Part shown: in pieces, positions 38,629-52,647 of the stretch
Layout: the number at the start of each line of letters is the position of its first letter
Numbering within the stretch: the stretch's first letter is position 1
Assembly (NCBI RefSeq): GCF_036365525.1
Contig: NC_090379.1
Location: forward strand, 48,912,329 to 48,976,328
Direction of reading: 5' to 3'
Source of the DNA: Heterodontus francisci
Taxonomy: Eukaryota
Length of the DNA: 64,000 bases
The notes under the pieces: generated by a model
Seen by the model: the letters and a program-made list of their open reading frames with translations, nothing else
Database searches by the model: none
Told to the model about the DNA's origin: nothing
Program-made: the position numbers and the translations under genes

Positions 38629-38970
38629 CATTAGAAATACTGTCTGCCTTAATGGCAGGAATTTCTGATTTTTTTTTTTAAGCCACCTAGATACAATCAG
38701 ACCTTTGTATTATGGATTGTAGGATGCAAATATGTCACAATTGTGGAATGGATAATGTGACCATTTCCTCCACTTTCAATTATTGTCAGCCTGTGTTCCA
38801 CATGGTAATGTAAGCTGTCTTTTCTCCCCCTCAGCCATCTCAAAATCTATGATCTGAGATTAGCAGTGATTTGTCAAACCACCAAAAGTTGGATATTGTG
38901 TGCTTGGTAGAGTATTATAAGAGACTAAGGATTTGATCAACTCATTTGGAACATGCAATTATTTTACATA

Positions 38971-40004
38971 TGTTATGGACATGTGGGAAGTGGTGTGGAT
39001 GACTTCCACTTTTCACCTCTCATCTGACTGCAGATAGTGTTTTTAAAAAATAGTGCTTTAGTCCTCGAGTGTTTTCAGGGTCAAACAAATAGACAAATGA
39101 CAGGTTTTCCCATAGGTTATAAAAGAAAGATAAATATTCATTTTTACCCAATAGCCAAAAAATTATTTACAACTTCTCACTCACACACTCACACAAAAGA
39201 TAGAGTGTGTAGTGGTAGCATGCAGTTAGAGTCCAATTTTTGTAAAAGAGTTTGTTGTTTTAAGAAAACCTTTAGAAGCTTTTCGGGAGGAAATCATTCA
39301 GCAGTGCAGGCCTGAATGTTCTTTGTCTTGAAAAGGATGAAGTGTCACAGGTTCCTTGTGGTTAAGCCTCAGTCTGAAGTCAACGGTGTAAAGTCTGGTT
39401 CACTTTTGCAGACGGGGAGTTCCAAAGTCGCCTTGTAATTTCTCTGCTGCAGCACGGATTCTGCTCATCTGGAACTGTCTCACAGCTGTTCTGGCTAGAA
39501 AAGACCTTCTCTGGTTGTTCTGCTCTCTCGCACCACCTTTTAAGGTAGAAACTTGTTAGGTTAGGATGTCGGTCAGATGTCGAAGGGCTCTCTTCCCCTG
39601 GTGTGATTCATAGAATGTTCCAGGATGTAAGAACCATTGTTACCTGATGGCTTTTGAATGTGGTCCATTCTGATAAATGGGCGTTATTTCACAGCTATTA
39701 TTTTAGCCTTGGCTTCGGAGTCAGTCTGTCTGCAAAAGTGTTTGTTAGCTCCATTCCTGCAGATAGCAGTTATTAGCATGAAATGCGTTTTCCATTTCAG
39801 TGTGTTTTCCCAAAGCTAATTCACATGTGGTTAATAGGCTTTGTCTTCAACAGACAATTAAGTTTATTGACAGTACAGGAAGGGTCACCTGACCTCTACA
39901 CAAGTGTGTCCATTTTTTGTAGCTCAGTTCAACAGTTGACTTTTATTTCATTATTCCTCCTGTTCATTTTATATTTTATAACTGTTCCCTTTGTGAGCAT
40001 AACA
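38971..40004. mobile_element. Solo LTR
   Basis: TGTTATG...CATAACA; flanks CATA/CACA; first ~200 bp related to 43401-43620. Confidence 0.65.
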
Positions 40005-43000
40005 CACACAATTTTTATAATTTTTTAGCAACTAAGTATAAAGATTTTAAAAGGAGAAAAAGAAAGTATGTATGATATTGTGAATGAATAGTACATAAAT
40101 AAGAGGGGACCCAGTATGGAGAATGACCATGAAGAAAAACCATTGGAGTTTGTTCTGTTTGTAGCCTAACAGTCTTTCCTGGGAAAGCAGTGGAAGGATT
40201 CACAGGCTAATTAAACGTCTGACCAGCTGTAATGTGAGTGCTCCTTACATGGACATCTTTATACCAGTAGATTAAAGGGGGTGGTGGGATGTGAGGTTTA
40301 TTGTCTCCCACAACTTGCCCACACCCGTTTGGTGTGGATGTCAATCTAAAATTCAGAGATGGTGCTGTGATTTCCACTTGCCGTTTTAACCCTGCAAATT
40401 CTTACTCGGAAGTTGGGTACTACCACTAAGTCGAACACTTTGTCTGCCATTGAAGATAATTTAATGTGACAAATGAGATGAGGTTGGAGTTTGAAAAACC
40501 ACTTAAAGTTGAGGTAGATTTTTAAAAAATATAGATGATACAATGTGATAGTAGTATTGCCTCTAAACTGGATAATCCATTGGTACACCAGTTACAGCGC
40601 AGGGATGTATTCGTGTTGCACTCAGATAAACTGACGTTCTCTTCTAATTTTGCCTTTAGTATTTAAAAAAAAAACTTGTAGATTTCCCATTGTGAACTAC
40701 AGTACCAAATGTTTGCTAACTGATCTTTCTTGCATTAGGAATATCTGAAGCTGTGTTAATCATCTGCAGGCTACTTAATTATTTTCTAATATATTAAAAA
40801 TCTTGTAACTGCAAACAGTTTCTTGTCATACTTTCTGAGTTATTATTTTGTCACAATGTGACACTAATGACTAATTATTTTGAATGGGTAGTGCTGTAAC
40901 ATCTCCTTTACCTATCCATTCTTTCAACTCTAGGTGACACTGCCAACTTTCTTTCACTCTCCTTTTGTTTTTTTTAACCTGAGCTGCTTTCTCTACTGCA
41001 ACAAAGTTAAAGGTATTTTAAAATCGTTACAGGCTGATCTAAAATAATACATTTACAAAGTTCATTATGGTCAAATATTTTGATGCCTCATAGTCCTTGC
41101 GATTCCTGATATTTTAGCACCATGCAAAATTAACTAAATAACACTACTCTCAGCTGCTGCATTATTGGGTAAGAACTTTTGGCTTTAGAGCCTGTAAATT
41201 GATGGTATTCTGTTTGTTCTGAGGAGAATTAATAATTTGTCTCATAACATCCCCATGTTCTGCCACTGTAGCTAAGTAATTAGTGTGCCACTCTTGCAGC
41301 TGCTGGCTGCTTGCATTCAATTTAAAAAAAAAAAGGAATGACTTAAATCCTTAGGGTCTGTAAATTGAATTTATTCTGTTCACTTTGGTGGGAATTCTAA
41401 TTTTTTTGTCTCATATCTCAATGTTCTCTTTTTTATGTGTAGAATTAAATAGTTACATTGCACATGCATATGTATACAGAAATATGCTTTGAAGAACCAA
41501 TCCCAAAAACCACATTTAATGATTGCCGAGCAGATTCTTTTTAGAAAGTTACAAATAGGGGCTCCCAGATCTGGGATGTGGGGACTCTTCCCCTCCCTTC
41601 TACTGACACACAGGAATCCACCAATGACCCAAATCTTGTATTTCATCTCCCCTCTGTTAACCACAGCAACCCACTCCAGTACTACCAAAACCAAGGACCA
41701 ACCCCAGTGCAACTAATTCCACTCCCCACCTAGTAACTCCTAGGGACAAAATCATTGAAAGGGCACTGGGGGACATAAACAAGGTATGTGCATGGGTCGG
41801 GGGAAGAGTATAAATAGGTAAGTGATCCAGTTCTGACAGTTTTTTACGGCCCTGAGAAATTCTGATAGAAGAATTGAGCACCTTCGTCTCTGCCCTTCTT
41901 CCCGCCGACCCCAGAGGAGGAGACATGATTAGCAGGTTTTGATGCAAAGATTGCCAAGCAAATACCACTGTATGATACGAGCGTGCATGTATTGCACTGA
42001 CAGAAGTGGGGCTGAAGTTTATTTCAACATATTTTTCGCTTTTATCCTCAATGTTTTGTTCTCAACTCTCCCTAGGCCACTCCCAACAAATAGCCTCCTG
42101 CACTGCTATCCTCTTAACCTAGATAGAAATGAGCACTGAATGTACTGTGTCAATTCTCATGGCTGTTTGTTTTTGCCTTGGCTAGCAGCCTAAGTTCTTG
42201 TTTACATTTCTTTTGTCGACATTGAGCCAGTTCCATGCAACTGCTCTGTCAGTTACAGTGTCAACATGCTCTTTTTGCGTGGTTTAGCTGATTTGTTTTT
42301 CATATTTCAGACTATTTTGAACAATTTACATTTGGATAACCACTTCCATTTGTAAAGCACCAGGCCCAGCACTGTTTAGTTGTTGTTTGAAATATTGGTC
42401 TCCAACCATTTCATGTTTGATAGAGGTTTTATGTAGTACTGAATTGGTGATGTCCCTAATGTCAGTTAAAATGTATTCTAACTGTGTTTTCCATCCTTTC
42501 ATTATTCATTTTTTTGTCTTCGTTCATGGGATGTGGGCGTCGCTGGCAAAGCCAGCATTTGTTGCCCATCCCTAATTGCCCTTGAGAAGGTGGTGTTGAG
42601 TTACCACCTTGAACCCCTGCAGTTTGTGTGGTGAAGGTACTCCTACAGTGCTGTAAGGTTCTATAATTTTGATCCAGCAAATGTATACAAATAGTTAGTG
42701 CAACACTTACCACAAAAGTTGAATCTGCTTTGTGCCATTGCTAAACTTAAGAGTGTAAATCGAATGTGAAGGCACGGACTGACTCTGAACCCTGGCCCAG
42801 GTGTAGGCTGCCTTTACACTGTAACTATTGTGTGGGTACTTCATATTAGCACTATAATAAAATGCACCCTAAGATGAATATTATAACAGGCCTCAATGTT
42901 GCAAACTGAGCATTGCATAAATACCCTCAATAGTAAAGCAGTGCCTTCAGATGGAACCTCTGTTGGCACAAATACTAATTTGCTATTTTTCTCTGAGCTG

Positions 43001-43400
43001 TGGGAGTTAGAATCATACAGCACAGAAGGTGGCAATTTGGCCCATCTTGCAGTGCAAGCTCTCTGAAAGAGCTACCAATTAAACCTACTCACCTCTTTCC
43101 TCATGACCCTGCATTGGAATCACAGTTGCAGACAGTTTTGTTTACATTTGAAAGTATGGTTTCATGTGTGCAGCACTTGCATGTGCAAGATTCATTTGGC
43201 TAACTGTTAAAATGAAAGTTCTAAATGTTCCTTCAGCTTTAAAAATGTGCACAGTTTCTATCTGTTAACAATCCCAGAATTGGACTTGATCAGGTTTCAG
43301 CTGTGGAACACTTCAAGAACTAAACATAACAGTCCTTCAAGATATTGTTCAAAAATACTGAACCTGTATTATATATTTGGTGCCAAAGTACTACTGCAGT

Positions 43401-44468
43401 TGTTATGGACAGGTAGCAAATGATAGGGATGGTTTTCCCTTTTCACCTTTCAACTGACCAAAGACAGCGTTTTTGTCAGAAATGTGTTTTAACTCCTGAG
43501 CATTTTCATGGTAAATAAACAGACAAATGAAAGGTTTTCTCGTAGGTTTCAAGAAAGGTAAATGTTTGTTAAATAACACCGAAAAATATTCACAACTTAC
43601 TCACACGCACACAGAGACACACTCGTACAAGAAAAGATAGAAATTAAAAGATAACATGCATTTAAGTTTGATGGTTTGAAACAGTTTACTGTAAACCTGG
43701 CATTCTTCCTGGGGCGGGGGCGGGAAGATTTTGAAAAATGGCGCAGGCCTGTTTTTCCTTTTTCCAAGTTCACTGAAGACAAACTTGGAAAGTTCTAGGA
43801 GGGCGAATGCATTGTTGCAGACTTTGATTGTATTGCAGTCACAGATCAATGACAAACCCTGATACAATTTCTCAGGTAGGGAATTCAAACGCCACTTCCA
43901 GTCTCTGCTGACAGATAGTTTAAAGGTGTTCTAGGCAGGGTCCTTCTTCCTCTGGAGCAGATGGAATCTCTCTCTCTGGCTCTCCTTTCATCTGCCCAGC
44001 ATATATTTTTATTAAGCTCCTTATCAGACCCCTGGTTTCTGTCATGTGACCATGGTTTCTCTTGATCATTGTCCTCATAAATGGTGTCTGATGGTGGGGC
44101 CATTGTTAGACAATGACGTCAGGGTGTCAAGCATCTTCATTCCATTTTGATAAAGTGGAGTTTTTCACACCCATTCATTTGAGTTTGAATTTGGAGACAC
44201 CATGTCTGTTATGCCAATGTTATCCTAATTTGTTGGAGAGGATGCCATGAACATAGAATGGGCCATTTGCATTTTAATGCCTTCTCGAAGACTGTTTCAG
44301 ACATGAAGACGGACTCTGGGTTCTTGTGGTTTCCATGTGCATTGGCAGTACAGGATAAGGTTACCTGACCTCTCGACTCCATCTTGTTTTTCAGGGAAAT
44401 TGCCCATTTTGCATTTTGTTTATAAGTTCATTATATAGTTCATAATTTCTCCTTGCATAAGTGTGACA
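43401..44468. mobile_element. Solo LTR
   Basis: TGTTATG...TGTGACA; flanks CAGT/CAGC; related to 38971-40004. Confidence 0.65.
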
Positions 44469-44958
44469 CAGCTTTAAAGAAATCCTTAATGAAGTAACTG
44501 CTGGAGCAAATGCATTATTTTCATTTACTGAATACAATGTATCTTATAAAATGTCCCCTGAAGGCAATATGGATAATGCACCATCTTCTGATATTAGTGT
44601 AGATTAAAATAACTGTTTTTTGAGGCACCTGGACAAATGTGATTTTTTTTTTTAAACTGAAAGCACCTGTTAATAGTCTATGTTGACTCGTTTCTAAGAA
44701 CCAAAGGGTGTAAGGATAAATCCAGCAACTACAGGTCAGTCAGTTTAACCTCAGTGGTGGGGAAGCTTTTAGAGACAATAATCCAGGACAAAATTATCAG
44801 TCAGTTGGAGAAATGTGGATTAATTAAGGAACATCATGGATTTTTAAAGGTAAATCATGTATAACTTGAGTTTTTGAGGAGGTAACAGGGTGGGTTAATG
44901 AGGGTAATATGGTTGATGTGTATGTGGACTTACAAAAGGCATTTGATAAAGTGCCACT

Positions 44959-47311
44959 TTTTTTTATTCCATGGGATGTGGCTGTCGCTGGCTAGGCCAG
45001 CATTTATTGCCCATCCCTAATTGCCCTTGAGAAGGTGGTGATGAGCTGCCGTCTTGAACTGCTGAAGTCCTTATGTGTAGGTACACCCACAGTGCTGTTA
45101 GGAAGAGAGTTCCAGGATTTTGACCCAGAGACCGTGAAGGAACGGCGATATAGTTCCAAGTCAGGATGGTGCGTTATTTGGTGCAAAACTTGCAGGTGGT
45201 GTTGTTCCCATGCTGCCCTTGTCCTTCTAGGTGATAGAGGTTGCGTGTTTGGAAAGGATCCTTGGTGAGTTGCTGCAGTGCATCTTGTAGATGGTACACA
45301 CTGCTGCCACTGTGTGTCGGTGGTGGAGGGAGTGAATGAGATGGTGGATGGGGTGCCAATCAAGCGGTCTGCTTTTTTTCTGGATAGTGTTGAGCTTCTT
45401 GAGAGTTGTTGGAGCTTCACTCATCCAGGCAAGTGGAGATCATTCCATCACACTCCAGACTTGTGCCTTGTAGATGGTGGACAGGTTTTGGTGAGTTACT
45501 TGCCGCAGAATTCCCAGCCTGTGACCTGCTCTTGTAGCCACAGTGCTTATATGGCTGGTGCAGTTCAATTTCTGGTCAATGGTAACCCCCAGGATGTTGG
45601 CAGTGGGGGATTCAGTGATAGTAATTCCATTGAATGTCAAGGGAAGATTGTTGGATTCTCTCTTGTTGGAGATGGCCAATGCCTGGCACTTGTGTGGCAC
45701 GAATGTTACCTGCCGCTTATCAGCCCAAGCCTGGATATTGTCCAAGTCTTGTTGCATATGGACATGGACTGATTCAATATCTGAGGAGCCGCTGAACATT
45801 GTGTAATCGTCAGCGAACATCCCCACTTCCGACCTTATGATGGAGGGCAGGTCTTTGATGAAGCAGCTGAAGATGTTTGGGCCTGTGAGCTCCTGCAGTG
45901 ATGTCCTGGGCCTGAGATGATTGACCTCCAGCAACTACAACCATCTTCCTTTGTGCTAGTGTTACGAGTTAGAGAGGTCTTGGGTTCCCTTTCAGCCTTC
46001 ACCTGGCCTTACTGTAACAGGGTTTAATTTTAAACACCCTGTGTTTTTAGCTCCCACTTGGTAAATCGCATTCCAATTATAAGGCAAAGAAACCAGCACA
46101 AACAGGCTTTCTTTGGTTTAAAGAAAAAAAGTTGAAATTTATTGAACTTAAACTCTAATTCGGTCAATGCCTATGGATACACGACGCACCCCATACTAGC
46201 ATGCATATGCGATAGACACATGCAAATAGAGACAGAAAAGAGCAGAAGAAAAATAAAGCGTAGAGTCCTTGATTGTAGGTAGATCTTGCTTTTCGTTGGG
46301 GCGGGGCCCAGTATTCTTTTTAAACTTTTGATGTAGGAGACTTTTCTCTCATGGGGTTCATGTGTCTTCAGTAGATTCAGAGGCTTGAGAAAGAGATGGG
46401 AGATGACAGGAGAGAGATCTTCTCAGTCCAGGAGCAAACGGACCTTCTGCCCAAACTGTTTGTACAAATTCAACAAACGCAAGTTGTCCGGCATGTGACT
46501 AGCTGGTTTGACCATGTCTGTTTGTGTATTTGGCCATCTTAGCAGTCAACCTGGAATGCGTGTTCCCCCTCCTTCAACGTCTGGTGATCCAAAGTCCATT
46601 GTGGGTTGAATGTGTCAGGAAATGGCTGCTTTGTCCTTCCAAACACCATTGTTAATATGCAAATGTCTTTTCCAGCCACGGCTGATCTGTTCAAGTCGTC
46701 TTCACTCTAGTAACAGTTTAAAATCAATGTTCATGACAAAATTAATGTGCCTCGTTCTAGGCAAGTGTGGGCCTGGCATGACGGCTAGGTATGACTCCAA
46801 CCAGTGGAGAGTTTTTCTCCTGATTCCCATTGACTCCAATTTTGCTAGGGCTCCTTGATTTCACACTCGGTCAAATGCTGCCGATGTCCAGGGCAGTCAC
46901 TCTCCCCTCACCTCGAGTTCAATTCCTTTATCCATGTTTGGACCAAGGCTGTAATGAGATCAGGAGCTGAGTGGCCCTGGCGGAGCTCAAACTGAGCGCC
47001 AGTGAGCGGGTTATTGCTGAGCAAGTGCCACTTGGTAGCACCGTCGATGACCCCTTCCATCACTTTACTGAAGATCGGGAGTAGACAGATAGGGTGGTAA
47101 TTGGCTGTGTTAGATTTACTTTTTATGCACAGGACATATTTGGGCATTGAGGATGGGGATATTCATGGAGCCTCCTCCTCCTGTTAGTTATTAAATTGTC
47201 CTCCACCATTCACAACTGGATGTGGCAAGACTGCAGAGCTCAGTTCTGATTCGTTGGTTGTGGAATTGCTTAGTTCTGTTCATCGCATGCTGCTTCCGCT
47301 GTTTGACACAA
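44959..47311 (-). mobile_element. Second CR1-group LINE, split by a solo LTR
   Basis: ORFs 45440-45934 (FADD..NILGVTIDQKL) and 46908-47147 (NYHPICLLPIFSKVME). Confidence 0.85.
45960..46783 (-). mobile_element. Solo LTR related to the LTRs at 2904/6979
   Basis: Reverse complement aligns with 2904-3800 (e.g. AAAATTAAACCCTGTT, TTTGTCAT, GAACATTGATT); flanked by GCTAG/GCTAG. Confidence 0.88.
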
Positions 47312-48997
47312 TAGCAAAGTTGAAGCTCACTGAATAAAAGGGGTAGTGGCGGCATGGATACAAAATCAGCTAAGTGACAGGAAACAGAGTATTGGTGAAC
47401 TGGGGGAGGATAGACAGAGGTGTTTCCCACAGGTCGCTACTAGGGCCGCTGCTTTTCGTGGTATATATTAATGACTTGGACTTGGGTGTACAGGGCACAA
47501 TTTCAAAATTTGCAGATGAGACAAAACTTGGAACTATGGTGAACAGTGAGGAGGATGGTGATAGACTTCAAGAGGACATTGACAGGCTGGTTAAACCAAG
47601 GAATGGGTGGATATGTGGCAGATGGAAGTTCATGCAGAGAAGTGCAAAGTGGTACGTTTTGGTAGGAAGAATGAAAAGTGGCAATATAAACTAAAGGGTA
47701 CAATTCTAAAGTGGGTGCTGGAACAGACCATGGGGGTATATGTGCACAAATCATTGAAGGTGGTAGGGCAGTACAAAAGCAAGGAATTTATGATGAACCT
47801 TTATAAAACACTGGTTTGACCACAACTGGAGTATTGTACAATTCTGGGCACTGTGCTTTAGGAAGGATGTGAAGACCTGAGAGAGGATGCAGAAGAGATT
47901 TACTAGTGTGGCTCCAGGGATGAGGGACTTCAGTTGCATGGATAGATTGGAGAAGCTGGGGTTGTTCTCCTTGGAGAAGAGAAGGTTGAGAGGATATTTT
48001 GATAGGTATTCCAGACAGAGTAAATAGAAATAAACTGTTCCCATTGACAGAAGGGCCGAGAACCAGAGGTCACAGTTCTAAGGTGATTGGAAAAAGAACC
48101 AAAGGCAACATGAGGAAAAACATTTTTACGTAGTGAGTGGTTAGAATCTGGAATGCACTACCTGAAAAGGCGTTGGGCGCATATTCAATCATGGCTTTCA
48201 AAATGGAATTGGCTAAGTACATGAAGGGAAAAGATTTGCAGGGCTACAGAGAAAGAGCATGGGTGTGGGACGAGCTGGATTGCTCTTGCAGTGAGCCAGC
48301 ACTGGCTTGATGGGCTGAATAGCCTCCTTCTGTGCCGTAGCCATTCCATGATTCTGGAAAGAAAGATTCCTTTTTCACTTTTTAAAGTAATGTCTTCTGT
48401 ATTACCAGGTACCTCCTTATAAACAGGAGGATAAACACAAACAAGATGTCATCCTAGCTCTCTGCTGCAGATTTCCAGCAGCAGCCCGTATCCTTGGAAC
48501 AGATTGCCTCTTAAAAAGAATCTATGGGAATCTATTATTGAAGTACACTTTCTGGAATTGATTCCTCTGTGGTAAACATGTTGATTGGTTTATCCCGTTA
48601 GGGGTCAATAAGATGCCAGACCCACATCTTTCCTTTAGCATCATAATGTGATCGATTAGCTGTTCTCTCAGGACGTGATGCCGATAATCACCCACCTTCC
48701 AAGCTTATGGCTCCCACATTCCCTGCCCTTGGTTTGTGGTTTTTCTCAGGTGCTTTAAGTTCTTATTTTGTCTGGCTCAAGTTTTGACTCATGCCTAGAG
48801 TGCTGCTCAACTTTTCTTTAAATTAAAATAAGACTGCACAGGGGAATGTTCCACAGCCTTCAGTACTGAATCTTTCACTTTCCATCGCAAGTAATATTGC
48901 AGGGCCTCACTGTTACAATTCCAGCCATATGGAATTTAAAAGCTTTAGTTTGCATGACTGCCTGTTTTTTTGTAAAATGTTATTCATTACTTTCCAG

Positions 48998-49061
48998 GAG
49001 AAAGATAAGTTCATACACTCCCGCTTGAGGGCAAAAGGAATAGGATTAAGAGATGAGGAAG
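48998..49061 (+). CDS. COA8: COA8/APOPT1 coding exon 3
   Basis: TTTCCAG|EKDKFIHSRLRAKGIGLRDEE-G|GTGAGT, 64 bp, phase 0 to 1. Confidence 0.95.
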
Positions 49062-49942
49062 GTGAGTCAGCTGTATTATGAAATCAAAAATTAGAAATCA
49101 GGTAACTGTAAAGGTTTTTTTTAATTCATGAGATACAATTGTAAGAGACATTTTCTCTTGTAAGATTTTTTATGTAACTAACAAGATTGTGTAGAAATTC
49201 TGTTTGGAATGTAATGGATGCATTGTAATGTTTTGTAATTGGTAGGTGGGAAAGTATGCACCACTGAATAGTCCTCAGTTTATAGTGTTTGAAAGTTTTC
49301 TGTGTGTCTTAACATTATCCCTTGTTGCCGTGTTATGTTGTAAAACTGTGTTGGAGGAACTCCAACCTTATGTAGAACTTCCACTGTGAAGGGAGAAGAT
49401 GTGCACAGAACTTAATGATGTCACTGAAGACAAAATACTATTTTTTTTTAAAAAAAAAGGCTCTGGCTGGGTTGAGTGACTGATGCACAGGTATATCATC
49501 ACATTTGTAAACTTCTGTATTTTTCAGTCACATGCAGATTATTTGAATTGATGAAGAGTAGTAAGGTGCAAACCCAGCTCATGCATTCCAGATGTAAATA
49601 CTAGAACCTATATTGTATATATGTTATATAATATATAGGGGATTAATATCTTAGCTACACCACTATGATATTGTAGAAAATGCACTCTGACATGAAGTAA
49701 CCCACTTTGCCGGTCTATGTGCTTTTGGACTGCACTAACTCCAATAAGAAGGATTTGTTTTGCTGTCTACCAACAGGGCTACAGTATTTTACCAGTAACT
49801 TTGTATAACATTGAAGCGTTGGCCCGCCACCTCAGTTTAAAAAGAAACACATTTTTTTCAAATTTTATATTATCTCCTGTTTCCTTTTGAGTTTCCACCA
49901 GCCATACATCCTGTCAATCTCTTTCAAGTGATATTCTGTATC

Positions 49943-49961
49943 TGGCCACTAGGAGGTGTGC
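49943..49961 (+). promoter_or_regulatory. Candidate CTCF site
   Basis: TGGCCACTAGGAGGTGTGC resembles the consensus TGGCCACCAGGGGGCGC. Confidence 0.35.
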
Positions 49962-50484
49962 AAGAGTGCCCTTGTGATCATATTCTGTGCTTCCTCCCTG
50001 TGTAACAATGTTGTGTCTGTGCCCATCACCTGTGATAGCACAGCAGTTTGCAATTCTAGATATCAATGGGTGTTTTATCACCAATGGCGGAGTATATTGG
50101 AGCTCCAGGGCACCAAGAACTGAAATCAATTACCTCTTTAAGAAGGATCTGCAGAGGGAAAAAAAGTGTTTGAATTGTTACAAAAAGTTTAATATTTTTC
50201 ATAAAACTGAAAATTTTAAATACAAAATTTGTCAGTTATGGCATTATCCTTTTCTCATTGTGGCACTGCAGTTGAGTAGAATTTTTACAGAGCAGACAAC
50301 TGTTTAATTTTCCTGTAGTAATAATCTGGTGAATTTGTATTTGTGTAATCTGCACCTGAGCAGTAGAACTTGGGGTTAGAAATTATAACACAGAAGGACC
50401 CCTTCTGGCCCATCATGCCTGTGCCAGCTGTGCAACTGGAGCTATCTACTCTAATCCCATTCCTCTGCCCTGTCCTCATTTCCT

Positions 50485-50662
50485 TTTTTTTATTCATTCA
50501 TGGGATGTGGGCGTCACTGGCCAGGCCAGCATTTATTGCCCATCCTTAATTGCCCTTGAGAAGGTGGTGGTGAGCTGCCTTCTTGAACCGCTGCAGTCCA
50601 TTTGGGGTAGGTATACCCACATTGCTGTTAGGAAGGGAGTTCCAGGATTTTGACCCAGCGAC
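50485..50662 (-). mobile_element. 3' end of the second CR1-group LINE (young-looking)
   Basis: T-run followed by ATTCATTCATGGGATGTGGGCGTCACTGG; retains CpGs. Confidence 0.75.
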
Positions 50663-51263
50663 ACATCATATCTGTACATATTCCTCTTTTTCAAATAATT
50701 AAGTGATATTGTTTCTGATCACTTGTAGTGAAGCAGTGTGTATTCCATAAGTCGCTCTCAAAACATTTCTTCTGACTTCTTTTGTTTTTCTTTAGTGATG
50801 ATCCTAATTCAGGTTCATGTTCAAATGCGCAAATAACAGTATGGGAATATGAAGTAGTGGTAATAATGGAGACGTGGCTTAAAAATGGTGAGGACTGGGC
50901 GCATAAAGTGTTCAGAAAAAATAGAGAATGAAGAAAGGGAGGTTGGGTGGCGGTACTGATCAGGGAAGACATTTTAGTGTTGGAAAGAGGATATGCCTTT
51001 GAGGGGGCAAGGACAGGATCCATTTGGTTAGAGTTGAGAAGCAAAAAGGGTGTGATCATGCTACTAGGGGTATTCTACCAGCCACCAAATAGTGAGAGAG
51101 AGAGGACCATATATGCAGAGAAATCGCAGAGATGTGCAAGAGCTATAGAGTGATGAGATTGGGGGGACTTTAGTTACCCAAATATCGATTGGGATAAAGT
51201 AAAAGGAAAAGAGAGGGGAGGGAATTCTGAAATGTGTTCAAGAGAACTTCCTTGATCAGTATG

Positions 51264-51605
51264 TTTTTTTTTTAGAGATACAGCACTGAAACAGGCCCTT
51301 CGGCCCACCGAGTCTGTGCCGACCATCAACCACCCACTTATACTAATCCTACACTAATCCCATATCCCTACCACATCCCCACCTGTCCCTATATTTCCCT
51401 ACCACCTACCTATACTAGGGGCAATTTATAATGGCCAATTAACCTATCAACCTGCAAGTCTTTGGCATGTGGGAGGAAACCGGAGCACCCGGAGGAAACC
51501 CACGCAGACACAGGGAGAACTTGCAAACTCCACACAGGCAGTACCCGGAATTGAACCCGGGTCACTGGAGCTGTGAGGCTGTGGTGCTAACCACTGCGCC
51601 ACTGT
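51264..51605 (-). mobile_element. HE1-type V-SINE
   Basis: Near-identical to 9383-9735. Confidence 0.9.
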
Positions 51606-51861
51606 TCTCAGCCCAAGTAGAAAGGAGGCATTTCTGGATCAGGTGCTGGGAAATGAGGTGGGCCAAGTGTCTGTAGGGGAGCACTTGGGTAAGAGTGATC
51701 ATCGTATCATAAGGTTTCGAATAGCAATGCAGAAAAGCAAGGAATGAAATAAGATAGAATGTCTAGATTGGAAGAGGGCTAATTTCAACGCGATGAAAAG
51801 GGATCTAGCCAGGATAAAATGGAATCAAAAACTGACAGGAAAAGCTGTAATGGAACAATTG

Positions 51862-52647
51862 GGGCTGAATTTTACGAGCCCCTCGACGTCAGGGGTAATG
51901 GCGGGATGGCCCATAAAATTCTGTCGGGAGAGACCTGCCTCGACCCTGGACCTCGAAGGCCCCGCTGCATTTTTCCGGCGGTGGTGGGACCTCGGTGCGG
52001 CCACCTTGCCGCCAAGGGGGCCTTCTTTAGAATATGGAAATTTGAAACATTAACATGTAAATGAGCTTACCTGCCGCCGCTGGCCGTCCCACGCCGATTT
52101 TACCACCACCGATCACAACTCGCGCCTTTGGAACTCTGAGCCGAGAAACTGGTGGGGAGGGGGGAGGAGTAAAATTATCGGGGTGGGGTGAGGGGAGTGG
52201 GGAAAATGTTTTTTTTTATTGGCTGTGGGAATGGTGGGAAGGGGTTGAAGGGAAGGGCAAAAGTGACAAGGTGGGGGGTGGAAGTTCGGTTGGGAATAAA
52301 ATTAATGTCCGTCAGATTGGCATATAAAACAACCATTTGTTGGGGGGTGGCGGAGGGGGCGGTGGTTAGGAAAGGGTCTCCTGCTTTTGCTTTTTAATTG
52401 AACTATTTAGAAGGTCATTTCCCTTTTTAAAGATACAGATCTCTCATGAAGGGCTTGAAGCCCTTTAAAAATGGTGCCGGCACAGTGGCGCCGGACGCCG
52501 TTGCTGGGGACGTGCTGGCCCCCTCATCAATGTCATCTGGGGCAGCCGCTCTGTCCCCTCCATTTACATCAGTCCCCAGTGGCGGCAGTTCCGTGTCGGA
52601 AGGCTGCCGACTTCACAGCGGAGCGTGGCCACTGATAAAATCAGCTC
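51862..52647. mobile_element. Non-autonomous Harbinger-type DNA transposon
   Basis: TIRs GGGCTGAATTTTA / TAAAATCAGCTC; 3-bp TSD TTG; GC/CpG-rich; interrupts a CR1. Confidence 0.75.

Larger units (their letters stand above)
44700..48355 (+). mobile_element. CR1 LINE (44700-44958 plus 47312-48355) interrupted by nested elements
   Basis: DLQKAFDKVP on the left continues into SKVEAH..LLGPLLFVVYINDLD..KFADET on the right; TTCCATGATTCT tail. Confidence 0.8.
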
